From an uncultured Eubacterium sp. (GTDB taxonomy: Bacteria; Bacillota; Clostridia; Lachnospirales; Lachnospiraceae), in assembly GCA_905236805.1 (NCBI GenBank), contig CAJOPH010000029.1, positions 1 through 57,277 of the forward strand: a DNA stretch of 57,277 nucleotides, read 5' to 3'. The translations under genes and the position numbers were made by a program. The notes beneath the pieces were generated by a model. It was not told where the DNA came from and did not search any database. It saw nothing but the letters and a program-made list of their open reading frames with translations. Every line of letters starts with the position of its first letter. The first letter of the stretch is position 1. Below are positions 10,290 to 19,416 of this stretch, piece by piece.

Positions 10290-10345
10290 AAACAGTCACC
10301 TTCCGCGGATATGGAAACAAATTTATTTGAAAATCCTTAATACAT

Positions 10346-10374
10346 ATGATACATCATATCGAAGTTTTTTTCAA
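10346..10374 (-). promoter_or_regulatory. sigma-A type promoter candidate upstream of the yvyF-like/leuA genes
   Basis: The minus strand reads TTGAAA (10369-10374), a 17-nt spacer, then TATCAT (10346-10351). A 7+7 inverted repeat ATATGAT-nn-ATCATAT (10344-10359) overlaps the -10. Confidence 0.4.
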
Positions 10375-12437
10375 GCATAATGATGATTCATGAGCCTTAT
10401 TTTTTCTATTATTTCATCAGCCACCCGCCTTTTGTCGTGCATGATAAGGTCTGCCATGTCAAGGTCTCCTATGTGGCGGTAATATGAATTGAGCAGATCT
10501 CCCTGCTTGTATTTCAGCTCCAACATCTCCAAAGATCCAAAAGGCTTAAGGAGCTGAGGATCGTATTCATAGTGCTTATCTTTGCTCTCCAGGATGAAGA
10601 GCTTCCTCCACAGGGCATGAACCTTCCGGCGCCTCTCATCAAAGGGGATGGTCAAAAACTTGTAGATAAGCTCCTTGTCATCGGATATTTTTTCCAGCTC
10701 CTCGCACAGGATGAGCATTTCCTTTAACCTTGACTTTTGGTAGATGGATCCGTCACGGATGACGCTCCATTTTCTTAAGGTCTCAGAGAGCTTTGCGTCC
10801 AGGGCGATGAGCCTCTCGGGGAAGATGAGGTAAGCGCTGTTTATGGGGTCGGGGGACTTTTGGAAATGTTCTTCCAGGAGCTCTTTTCCCTCCATCGCAT
10901 TCCAAAAACCCTTGTCAAAGATCCCCCGCCTTCCCGCCCTTCCCGCTATCTGGAGGAATTCATGTGCCTGCAGGGGACGTACCCTCATCCCGTCAAACTT
11001 TATGTGCTCCATGAATACCACCCTCTTTATGGGAAGGTTCAAGCCCATGCCTATGGCATCGGTGGCAACCACCACCTCATTTTCGCCGGAAATAAAGGCC
11101 TTTGTCTGCTGGCGGCGTACCTCAGGGGGAAGGGCGCCGTAGATCATGCTGCATTTGACTCCCCTCTCCCTTAGGACATCTGCCACCTCGTGTACCCTTT
11201 TTTTTGAAAATACTATCAGGGCGTCCTTTTCCTCCACGTCCTCAGGGAACAAAAAGCTCCTTTCGTCCTTCAAAAGCGGCACATGCCTCTCATGGACCAT
11301 TATCTCGTAGGTGTCGCCGCAATCGTCTATTATCGCGGTAAGTATGTCTTTGGCCTCGGGAGATGCGCAGACATGTATCTTTTTCGCCGCGACCCCCATT
11401 ATCGCCCTGGTCCACTGACCCCCGCGCCACGGGTCGCCCACCATCTGCGCCTCATCTATCACGGCCACATCGAACATACGTTCCAAGGGGAGCATCTCCA
11501 CGGTGGAGGCCTGGTGGTCTGCCCCCGGCATCCTTAAGATCTCCTCCCCCGTCACCAGCTCGCAGGGAGTACCCTCCCTGTTTGCCTCTTCATATACCTC
11601 CAGGGCAAGAAGCCTCAAAGGTCCCAGGTAAATCCCGCTTTGGGCCTTTCGAAAATCCTTCGTCGCCTCATAGGTCTTTCCGGAATTGGTAGGTCCTAAG
11701 TGCAGTATGAAATGCCTGACCATGCTCCTTGCCGTAGGATAAAAGTCCGCGGGGTTGTCAGGTATCTCCTGGAGGATCTCATTTTCCAGGCGGCCCTGCC
11801 TTTGCGTCTGCCTGACAAATTCCCTGCAGTGGGGATTTTTAAGGATGAGCATCCTGCCATAGTCATAGGTAAATGTCTCCTTCACCATATGATCCAAAGA
11901 CTCCACGAGAGCTGTCTTTACCCTGGAATGAATGATCTCTATCGCATTTGTTTGGGAGATGTTCATGGAGAAGGCTTCCCTTGCCATGGCAGATGCCTCA
12001 GAGAGCACCTTTAGCTCCGCTTCCTGGAATCCCTCACTGATAAGCCCCATCCCTATATCCGAAAACATGTACTCGCGCTGCTGGTTTCTCTCGTACTGCT
12101 CCAGCGACCTTGCGCTTAGGCTTTCCTTCCTGTAGAGCCTCTTTATCGTGGAAATCTTTTTTTCCTTGAGGTGGACTATGTAAACCTTGTTTTTGGAAAG
12201 ATGTGATATTATCCTTCTCTTCCAATACGAAGTCACAAGCTCGGTGAATTCATCCTCACCCACATCATCCAATGCGACATTCACAAGGTCCCTGTATTCC
12301 TTCTTCCTTTTTTTCTGGTTTTCCTTTTTGTTCAGCCGCTTGCGCCTTGCTTTTTCCCTTTTCTTTTTACGGCCGTTATTAACATCCGCCTCACCGGGCG
12401 CCCCGGTTTTTTCCGAAAACTTTGTTTCATCACTCAT
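10371..12437 (-). CDS. Suv3-like superfamily 2 RNA/DNA helicase with a lysine-rich N-terminal tail
   Basis: 688 aa with motif I GPTNSGKTYEA, motif II VIDEAQMVGD, ATDAIGMGLN and QIAGRAGRRG. The N-terminus has a GRKKKREKARRKRLNKKENQKKRKK tract. Confidence 0.75.
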   Translation of the reverse strand: MSDETKFSEKTGAPGEADVNNGRKKKREKARRKRLNKKENQKKRKKEYRDLVNVALDDVGEDEFTELVTSYWKRRIISHLSKNKVYIVHLKEKKISTIKRLYRKESLSARSLEQYERNQQREYMFSDIGMGLISEGFQEAELKVLSEASAMAREAFSMNISQTNAIEIIHSRVKTALVESLDHMVKETFTYDYGRMLILKNPHCREFVRQTQRQGRLENEILQEIPDNPADFYPTARSMVRHFILHLGPTNSGKTYEATKDFRKAQSGIYLGPLRLLALEVYEEANREGTPCELVTGEEILRMPGADHQASTVEMLPLERMFDVAVIDEAQMVGDPWRGGQWTRAIMGVAAKKIHVCASPEAKDILTAIIDDCGDTYEIMVHERHVPLLKDERSFLFPEDVEEKDALIVFSKKRVHEVADVLRERGVKCSMIYGALPPEVRRQQTKAFISGENEVVVATDAIGMGLNLPIKRVVFMEHIKFDGMRVRPLQAHEFLQIAGRAGRRGIFDKGFWNAMEGKELLEEHFQKSPDPINSAYLIFPERLIALDAKLSETLRKWSVIRDGSIYQKSRLKEMLILCEELEKISDDKELIYKFLTIPFDERRRKVHALWRKLFILESKDKHYEYDPQLLKPFGSLEMLELKYKQGDLLNSYYRHIGDLDMADLIMHDKRRVADEIIEKIRLMNHHYA

Positions 12438-13096
12438 GACTTTTTAACGATATTTCCTTTTTCCTTGAAAATGGAATCCCCATCCACCACTCCCCTCACC
12501 ATGGAAAGCGGGTAGATGGTGGTGTTTTTTCCTATTATGGATCCCGGATTAAGGACGCTGTTGCACCCCACTTCCACATGATCTGCCAATATGGCGCCTA
12601 TCTTCCTTAGGCCTGTACTTATTTCATCGGTGCCGTTTTTTATGACTATGTCGCTCCTGTCGGATTTTATGTTGGATGTGATGGAGCCTGCGCCCATGTG
12701 TGACTTGTATCCCAATATGGAATCCCCCACATAATTATAATGCGGAACCTCCACCCCGTCAAAGAGTATGACGTTCTTCAGCTCGGTGGAGTTTCCCACC
12801 GTCGCGCCGCATCCCACTATGGCAGAACCCCTGATAAAGGCTCCATGCCTTATACGGGCATCCTCCCCTATTATTGAGGGACCTCCTATATAGGCAGATT
12901 CCATCACCTGCGCGGACTTTGCCACCCAGATGTCTTCTCCCCTTCTTTCGTAGATTTTGGGGTCTAATCCCTCTCCTATCTCCATGATCCACCCGGAAAT
13001 ATATTTCAATGCCTCCCATGGGTAGGTTACCTTCTCAAGGTATGGCTTCGCGATGGTTTTTGAAAGGTCAAACAGACCGCATATCCTGATATCCAT
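12434..13096 (-). CDS. left-handed beta-helix (hexapeptide repeat) transferase-like protein
   Basis: Hexapeptide-like repeats are present (IGEDARIRHGAFIRGSAIVGCGATVGNSTELKNVILFDGVEV...). ATG at 13096 follows GAGGAGAA. The stop overlaps the helicase start (ATGA). Confidence 0.6.
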   Translation of the reverse strand: MDIRICGLFDLSKTIAKPYLEKVTYPWEALKYISGWIMEIGEGLDPKIYERRGEDIWVAKSAQVMESAYIGGPSIIGEDARIRHGAFIRGSAIVGCGATVGNSTELKNVILFDGVEVPHYNYVGDSILGYKSHMGAGSITSNIKSDRSDIVIKNGTDEISTGLRKIGAILADHVEVGCNSVLNPGSIIGKNTTIYPLSMVRGVVDGDSIFKEKGNIVKKS

Positions 13097-13131
13097 GCTT
13101 TTCTCCTCGTATATATGGTTTATGGTAAACG

Positions 13132-15123
13132 TCAAACATGATCATGCGCATCATTTTCCATGAGGATCCGCCGCACGTTCATGTCTGATGAATTTTTCAC
13201 AAGCTCCGTATACTTCGTGATATATGCCGAAAGCTTTTCCATGTACTCACCGGTCGTTATCTCACCGTGTTCCACATAGGACAGTCCCTTTTCCCAGGAG
13301 GCCGTAAGCTCGGGATTAAGAAGAGAGGGGATGGAGCAGGATACCGTGTCAAATATCATCTCCCCCAGGTGTGTGGGGGTAAGGGTCTGGGTCTTTTTGT
13401 TTAAGGAGAGGTACTTGTTTGATACAAGCTTTGTAAGTATCGCGGCCCTGGTGGCAGATGTCCCTATGCCTGCTCCCTTTATCTGAGAGCGCAGATCCTC
13501 ATCCTCTATCAGGTTTCCCGCGTTTTCCATGGCAAGGATCATTGACCCTGAGGTATACCTCTTCGGCGGGGATGTCTCGCCCTTTTTTATGGACATGGAC
13601 ACCACGTTTATTACGCTCCCCTTCCTTATCCCTTTAAGCGCCTCCATGAGGCCACAGACGTCCTGTTCGTCTTCATCTTTGGTCTTGTATATGCCGGTTA
13701 CTTCCATAAAGCCCTTATCCTCAAGCACCTTTGTGCTCAAAGAAAAATTTTCCCTGTATCCCGACCCTTGAGGGCGCTCTATGTCCACCGAAAGGGTGAT
13801 CTTCCTGTAAACCGCCGCCGGATAAAAAATGCTAAGGAACCGCCTTACTATCATGTCATAGACCCCCAGCGACATATCATCAAGACCCTTTAAGGCTCTG
13901 ATGTTCCCGGTCGGTATTATCGCGTAATGATCCGTGATCTTGGAGTCATTTACGTATTGGGTCTTTGCGAGGCTGCCGGTTAAATTTTCATTTAATATCC
14001 TTCCCGCAATCTCCGGGATATCAGATGCGTAATCCGCATTGCAAAGACCTTTTATGTTCTTTTTTATTTCCTTTGCAACGGCCGAAGACAGCACCCTGGC
14101 GTCTGTCCTTGGATAGGTGGTAAGCTTTTTTTCGTAAAGGGTCTGTGCTATCTGTAATGTCCGGTCGGGTGGGATCTTGTATCTTTTAGAGCATGCGTTC
14201 TGAAGCTCCGCGAGGTTGTACAGGAGGGGGGGCTTCTTTTTTTCCGTCTTTTTTGAAAATTGGGCGACCCTGCCCTTCAGGGGATATTCCCACCCAAAGC
14301 CTTCTATGAAATCTGCGGCACCCTTTTCATCCAAAAAACCTTCTTCCTTGTAGAGGTCTCCTCTTCCCATACATGAAGAGCCTTCCGTAACCTTCCACTG
14401 GGCATTTTTTTCCATGCCCTCCAGCTCTGCCATGATCTTGTAAAAGGGAGTCTTTACGAAGGCGCGTATCTGCCTTTCCCTCCTTGTCACCATCCCCAGT
14501 ACACAGGTCATGACCCTCCCCACGGATATGGTGGTATGTTTTTTCTTTAGGATGTTTGAAAGGGTGTTTCCGTACTTTAAGGTAAGTACCCTGGAAAAAT
14601 TTATCCCCATCAGGTAATCTTCCTTTGCCCTAAGGTATGCGGCATCTGACAGCCTGTCGTATTCCGACAGGGGCTTTGCCTCCTTTATTCCCCGCCTTAT
14701 CTCCTCATCGGTCTGGGAATCTATCCAGACCCTGCGCTTTTCCTTGTCGGGGCAGCCTGCCATCCGGTCAACCAGCCGGTAGATGTACTCCCCCTCCCGT
14801 CCGGAGTCCGTACAAACATAAATCGCCTCCACGTCCTTATCGTTTAGGAGCCTGGAGACGATATGGTACTGCTTTTTGGCGGAGGGGATAACCTCATAGA
14901 GGAATTCATCGGGAATAAAGGGAAGGGTATCGAAAGACCACTTCTTTAGCTTTTCATCATATGCGTCAGGATAACTCATGGTGACCAGATGTCCCACGCA
15001 CCAGGTGACATATGTATTTTCCCCTTCGTAGTAGCCGTCCTTTTTTGATGCTTTGAGCTTAAGGGCCTTCGAAAAAGCCTCCGCCACCGAAGGCTTTTCG
15101 GCTATGAATAGTGTTTTCTTCAT
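13132..15123 (-). CDS. topB: DNA topoisomerase III
   Basis: 663 aa with a TOPRIM N-terminus (LFIAEKPSVA, DSGREGE). The type IA core includes the YPRTD active-site tyrosine region. Confidence 0.85.
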   Translation of the reverse strand: MKKTLFIAEKPSVAEAFSKALKLKASKKDGYYEGENTYVTWCVGHLVTMSYPDAYDEKLKKWSFDTLPFIPDEFLYEVIPSAKKQYHIVSRLLNDKDVEAIYVCTDSGREGEYIYRLVDRMAGCPDKEKRRVWIDSQTDEEIRRGIKEAKPLSEYDRLSDAAYLRAKEDYLMGINFSRVLTLKYGNTLSNILKKKHTTISVGRVMTCVLGMVTRRERQIRAFVKTPFYKIMAELEGMEKNAQWKVTEGSSCMGRGDLYKEEGFLDEKGAADFIEGFGWEYPLKGRVAQFSKKTEKKKPPLLYNLAELQNACSKRYKIPPDRTLQIAQTLYEKKLTTYPRTDARVLSSAVAKEIKKNIKGLCNADYASDIPEIAGRILNENLTGSLAKTQYVNDSKITDHYAIIPTGNIRALKGLDDMSLGVYDMIVRRFLSIFYPAAVYRKITLSVDIERPQGSGYRENFSLSTKVLEDKGFMEVTGIYKTKDEDEQDVCGLMEALKGIRKGSVINVVSMSIKKGETSPPKRYTSGSMILAMENAGNLIEDEDLRSQIKGAGIGTSATRAAILTKLVSNKYLSLNKKTQTLTPTHLGEMIFDTVSCSIPSLLNPELTASWEKGLSYVEHGEITTGEYMEKLSAYITKYTELVKNSSDMNVRRILMENDAHDHV

Positions 15124-15127
15124 GTGA

Positions 15128-16486
15128 TCAGAGTGAATTCAGATCCACCAGCTGTATGGTCTCATCCTTTTCCGCCTCCCTGGAAAGCTCCGGTGAAAAG
15201 CTTCCCGCCGCAAAAAGATACCTGGCCTTTGCCTTTACCTTTGCCATCTCCATGGACTTGTTCAGCTGGTCGAGGTGCCTCATGTTGACCTGCATGTCGG
15301 ACCAGTGGCAGTTTGCGACGACATTGTTTCTCATATCGTCCTGCATGAGGATGTCTATCTGTCCCTGCTTCCCTATCCACGTGCCGATCTTCCCCGCCCC
15401 TATGGGGAGCTTTCCGGCCTGTGAAAGAAGCGAGAGGAATTCTTTGCAGACCTTTACGAAATGCTGCTCTATGTATTCATCCAGCCCCCTTTCTATGTAA
15501 TGCGAATAAAATTCACTGGGGGAAATGAGCCTTAGCTGCGACTGGTGGGGATAGACGAAGGTAAACCAGAAATTAAGGAAGGTATCCTTTATCGAATACA
15601 CAGCCTTTTGGGAATTCTCCCATCCGCCCGTCTCCACTGAGCCTACCTTCTCGACCACCCCAAAGGCCGAAAGATTTTTCAGGTATACCGATATCTTGGC
15701 CCTGGAAAACCCCGTATCCTGATGGATGTCGTTAAGCTTTCTGTTGCCCCTGGCCATGGTGGCCAGGATGGTCTCATATACAGATGATTCACGCAGGTGC
15801 CTCTTCAGGTACCCTTCCGCCTCGTCGTACAAAAATCCCCTGGGAGAAAGCACGTGGCGGCACACGTTCTCCGCAAGTGAGAGCTTTGAATTCCAGCAGG
15901 GAAGGTACTCCGGCACGCCTCCCGTTATGGCATACATCTGAATGCACTCCCTGGTGGACCTGGACGGGAAAAGGCGTACCAGATCCAGGAAATTGAGCTC
16001 TAATACCTCCAAAGCCCCCTCATACAAAGGTCCTTCATTCTCCATGATCTTGGGCAAAGTCTCCGAAGACCATACCACGTCCGAGGAGACGAAGATCACC
16101 TTTACGGGTACCGTGGATTTTTTCAAAAATACCTTCAGGGTATCAAAGAAATCCGAATCCTTCTTGAAGAGCCTTTGCACCTCGTCCACTACCAGAAACA
16201 GTTCATCGGTCTCTCTCATCTGTATCATCCCGAAGGCATCCTCGTAGGTGGCAGGCTCATGGAGCAAAGCGTATTTTTCCGTAACAACGTTCCCAAACAA
16301 TGCCTGCTGGGCATCATTCGATGCCTCGGCCGCATGATAATACAGCGTGTTTTTCTGCTTGCCATAGGATCTTACTATGTCCGAGGCCTCGTTTCCCATC
16401 CTTCCGTAGACGAGCGCTATGCCTGAGCCCTTTTTTTCGCACAGGCTGTCAATAAACTTTTTTTCTTTTGCGTGTGAACCTATCAC
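15128..16486 (-). CDS. ATPase_2/DUF234 family protein with an apparently degenerate P-loop
   Basis: 452 aa. Walker B is present (LFLVVDEVQ) and the C-terminal region is DUF234-like. The expected Walker A position reads VYGRMGNEAS, with no GK[ST]. Confidence 0.6.
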   Translation of the reverse strand: MIGSHAKEKKFIDSLCEKKGSGIALVYGRMGNEASDIVRSYGKQKNTLYYHAAEASNDAQQALFGNVVTEKYALLHEPATYEDAFGMIQMRETDELFLVVDEVQRLFKKDSDFFDTLKVFLKKSTVPVKVIFVSSDVVWSSETLPKIMENEGPLYEGALEVLELNFLDLVRLFPSRSTRECIQMYAITGGVPEYLPCWNSKLSLAENVCRHVLSPRGFLYDEAEGYLKRHLRESSVYETILATMARGNRKLNDIHQDTGFSRAKISVYLKNLSAFGVVEKVGSVETGGWENSQKAVYSIKDTFLNFWFTFVYPHQSQLRLISPSEFYSHYIERGLDEYIEQHFVKVCKEFLSLLSQAGKLPIGAGKIGTWIGKQGQIDILMQDDMRNNVVANCHWSDMQVNMRHLDQLNKSMEMAKVKAKARYLFAAGSFSPELSREAEKDETIQLVDLNSL

Positions 16487-16507
16487 GTTTCCATACTCCT
16501 TTACTTA

Positions 16508-17593
16508 CTATTTCTTTTCTATGTACCCCAGGGCTTTTAGCATCTCCGCGCTGAGAATGGCGCCTCCCGCCGCTCCCCTTACGGTATTGTGGGAAAGTCC
16601 CACGAATTTATAATCGAAGAGGGTATCTTCCCTGAGCCTTCCCATCGTGACTCCCATACCCCTTTCATAGTCTACGTCCAGCCTCACCTGCGGCCTGTCG
16701 TCCTCCTCCATGTAACGGATGAACTGCTTCGGCGCGCTCGGGAGGTTTTCCTCCTGCGGCTTTCCCTTGAAATTAACCCACCTGTCTATTATCTCTTCCC
16801 TGGAAGGCTTTTTGTCGAAATTCACAAACACCGCTGCCGTATGCCCGTTAAGGACGGGAACCCTTATGCACTGCGTCGTGATAAGGGGAGCCTTTGCGGG
16901 GACTATCACCTTGTTTTCGATATGGCCCCAGAGCCTTAGGGGCTCTTTTTCGCTCTTTTCCTCCTCACCGCCTATGTAGGGGATGACATTGCCCTCCATT
17001 TCAGGCCAGTCCCTGAAGGTCTTTCCCGCGCCTGATATGGCCTGATAGGTCGTGGCTACGACCTGCTTTATCCCAAAGTCCCTTACAGCGTGAAGAGCCG
17101 GGGTATAGCTTTGTATGGAACAATTTGGCTTTACCGCCACGAATCCCCTCTTCGTCCCCAGCCTTTGCCTCTGGTACTCAATGACCCCGTAATGCTCGGG
17201 GTTGATCTCAGGCACCACCATGGGCACGTCAGGTGTCCACCTGTGGGCACTGTTGTTTGAAACCACGGGCGTCTCTGTCTTTGCATATGAGTCCTCGAAG
17301 GCTTTTATCTCTTCCTTGCCCATGTCCACCGCCGAAAAACAAAAATCCACCTGGGAGGCTACGTTTTCTATGTCATGCAGGTCCTGTACCACGATGTCTT
17401 TTACCCCTTCGGGAATGTCATTGGACATCTTCCACCTTCCGCCCACGGCTTCCTCATATGTCTTTTGCGCACTGCGGCTGCTGGCTGCTATCACCTTCAC
17501 ATCAAACCAAGGATGCCCTTCCAAGAGGGAGATAAATCTCTGACCCACCATACCCGTGCCGCCAAGAATAGCTACGTTTAACTTTTCACTCAT
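16508..17593 (-). CDS. asd: aspartate-semialdehyde dehydrogenase
   Basis: VAILGGTGMVGQRF (NAD(P) binding), the active-site region KPNCSIQ, and HNTVRGAAGG near the C-terminus. The track start at 17599 is TTG. ATG at 17593 lies 8 nt after AAAGGGGA. Confidence 0.9.
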   Translation of the reverse strand: MSEKLNVAILGGTGMVGQRFISLLEGHPWFDVKVIAASSRSAQKTYEEAVGGRWKMSNDIPEGVKDIVVQDLHDIENVASQVDFCFSAVDMGKEEIKAFEDSYAKTETPVVSNNSAHRWTPDVPMVVPEINPEHYGVIEYQRQRLGTKRGFVAVKPNCSIQSYTPALHAVRDFGIKQVVATTYQAISGAGKTFRDWPEMEGNVIPYIGGEEEKSEKEPLRLWGHIENKVIVPAKAPLITTQCIRVPVLNGHTAAVFVNFDKKPSREEIIDRWVNFKGKPQEENLPSAPKQFIRYMEEDDRPQVRLDVDYERGMGVTMGRLREDTLFDYKFVGLSHNTVRGAAGGAILSAEMLKALGYIEKK

Positions 17594-17684
17594 ATACAAA
17601 ATCCCCTTTACTTTTTATTCTATTAGGAAACAAATTTATTGTTTTTTCATGTCAAATCCTCTTCGCAAAAAAGTCACGGGGAAT

Positions 17685-17713
17685 ATTATAATACAAATTA
17701 ACATATAATTCAA
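17685..17713 (-). promoter_or_regulatory. sigma-A type promoter upstream of asd
   Basis: The minus strand reads TTGAAT (17708-17713), a 17-nt spacer, then TATAAT (17685-17690), about 85 nt upstream of the asd start. Confidence 0.55.
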
Positions 17714-17750
17714 GCAAAATTTAATGAATTTTGACTTTTATGCCTGCCTT

Positions 17751-19415
17751 TCACACAATTCCTTCTTTCCAATCCCCCATAAGATACGCCCTGTATCCTT
17801 CCACCACGGGCTCCATAGCCCCTTTTCCGGGGGCACCCTGGGTAAGGCGCCTGTTCACGCAGGACTCCATGGAAATCTCATCATAGATGTCGTCTTCGAA
17901 AAGATCGGATATACCTTTCAGCTCATCCAAAGTAAGGTCGTCTATCGCGCAGCCCTTTTTCTCGCACATGAGCACTATCTCTCCTACCACACCGTGCGCA
18001 TCCCTGAAGGGCATGCCCTGCCTCACCAGGTAATCGGCCACATCGGTCGCGTTGGTAAATCCGTTCTTTGCGCTGTTTTCCATGACCTCATTATTAAAAG
18101 TGATGGTATCTATCATGCCGTTAAAAAGCTTAAGGGAATCCTTCACCGTGTCTATCGCGTCAAAGGACCCTTCCTTGTCCTCCTGCATGTCCTTGTTGTA
18201 TGCCAAAGGAAGACCCTTCATGGCCGTAATAAGCCCGATGTAGGCCCCATAGACGCGTCCCGTCTTTCCCCTTATGAGCTCTGCTATGTCGGGATTTTTC
18301 TTCTGCGGCATGATAGATGACCCCGTGCTATAGGCATCGTCTATGGTAACAAAGCGGTATTCATTTGAATTCCAGATGATGATCTCTTCGCAAAATCTGG
18401 AAAGATGCATCATTATGGTATTAAGGGCCGAGAGAAACTCTATCAGATAATCCCTGTCCGACACCCCATCCATGGAATTTAGCGTAGGCCCGTAGAATCC
18501 CATCAGCTGTGCCGTATACTCCCTGTCTAGGGGATAGGTGGTGCCTGCGAAGGCTCCCGAACCCAGGGGCGAAAAATTCATCCTCCCGTAGATATCCTCC
18601 ATCCTGCCCCTGTCCCTCTTGAACATCTCGAAATATGCCCCCATGTGGTGCGCCAGGGTGGTAGGCTGAGCCTTCTGGAGGTGGGTAAAGCCCGGCATGA
18701 TGGTCGTTATATTCTTTTCCATGATGCCAAGAAGCGTATAAAGAAGGTCTTTCAAAAGATCGTCCACCTCTATTACCTCGGAACGGATATACAGCCTCAT
18801 GTCAAGGGCCACCTGGTCGTTCCGGGAACGACCCGTATGAACCTTCTTTCCCGTATCCCCCAGGCGTTTTATGAGGTTTTCTTCCAGGAAGCTGTGTATG
18901 TCCTCATAGGAAGAATCCACCTCCAATTTTCCTTCATCCACATCCTTTTGGATGTCTGTTAAGGCGTGTATTATGTTATCTGCCTCTCCGGGCTCTATGA
19001 CCCCTGTTTTTTTGAGCATGGCGGCATGGGCGCAGGAGCCTATGATATCCTGGGAAAGAAGCCTTTTATCAAATGTAATGGACGCGTTGAAATCAAAGAC
19101 CTCCCTGTCCACCTGTTTTTCAAACCGTCCTCCCCACAGTGAGGGGGAGTGCTCCTTATTTTCATTTGCGGATTCGTTCGCTTTTTCATCCATTTTCTTT
19201 TTGAATTCCTCTTTGCTTTTTTCCCACTTTTCGTCCTCTTTCTTCTTCCTTTCCTCAGCTTCCTTTTGGTCTTTATTTATCATAAAGGCCGCCATCTGCT
19301 CCTCGGCCGTGGTAGCCTCTATCTCCTCTCCGTTTACCTGAGCACTGATGGCAGATCCGTGCTTTTCCACGTGATCCATCAGTTCAAATATCCTGCTTCT
19401 AAAATCATCTGCCAT
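17751..19415 (-). CDS. argH: argininosuccinate lyase (start uncertain; possible in-frame N-terminal extension of about 93 aa)
   Basis: The fumarate-lyase core runs from LWGGRFE onward and includes GSSIMPQKKNPD. An open frame continues upstream to ATG 19415 (MADDFRS, after AGGAGG). The alternative start ATG 19193 (MDEKANE) gives a canonical 480-aa ArgH. Confidence 0.85.
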   Translation of the reverse strand: MADDFRSRIFELMDHVEKHGSAISAQVNGEEIEATTAEEQMAAFMINKDQKEAEERKKKEDEKWEKSKEEFKKKMDEKANESANENKEHSPSLWGGRFEKQVDREVFDFNASITFDKRLLSQDIIGSCAHAAMLKKTGVIEPGEADNIIHALTDIQKDVDEGKLEVDSSYEDIHSFLEENLIKRLGDTGKKVHTGRSRNDQVALDMRLYIRSEVIEVDDLLKDLLYTLLGIMEKNITTIMPGFTHLQKAQPTTLAHHMGAYFEMFKRDRGRMEDIYGRMNFSPLGSGAFAGTTYPLDREYTAQLMGFYGPTLNSMDGVSDRDYLIEFLSALNTIMMHLSRFCEEIIIWNSNEYRFVTIDDAYSTGSSIMPQKKNPDIAELIRGKTGRVYGAYIGLITAMKGLPLAYNKDMQEDKEGSFDAIDTVKDSLKLFNGMIDTITFNNEVMENSAKNGFTNATDVADYLVRQGMPFRDAHGVVGEIVLMCEKKGCAIDDLTLDELKGISDLFEDDIYDEISMESCVNRRLTQGAPGKGAMEPVVEGYRAYLMGDWKEGIV

Positions 19416-19416
19416 T

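Noticed and set aside
10371-16486. A mobile element or ICE fragment, suggested by topB plus a helicase plus an ATPase.
   Set aside because: There is no integrase, relaxase, transposase, flanking direct repeat or tRNA. The neighbours are core biosynthetic genes (asd, leuA), and I saw no obvious compositional break by eye.
17594-17684. A lysine riboswitch or T-box leader for asd. The same check was made for lysA at 4241-4252 and leuA at 9789-9836.
   Set aside because: The leaders are only about 85, 12 and 48 nt long, too short for an L-box (about 180 nt) or a T-box (about 200 nt or more). No specifier or T-box sequence is visible.
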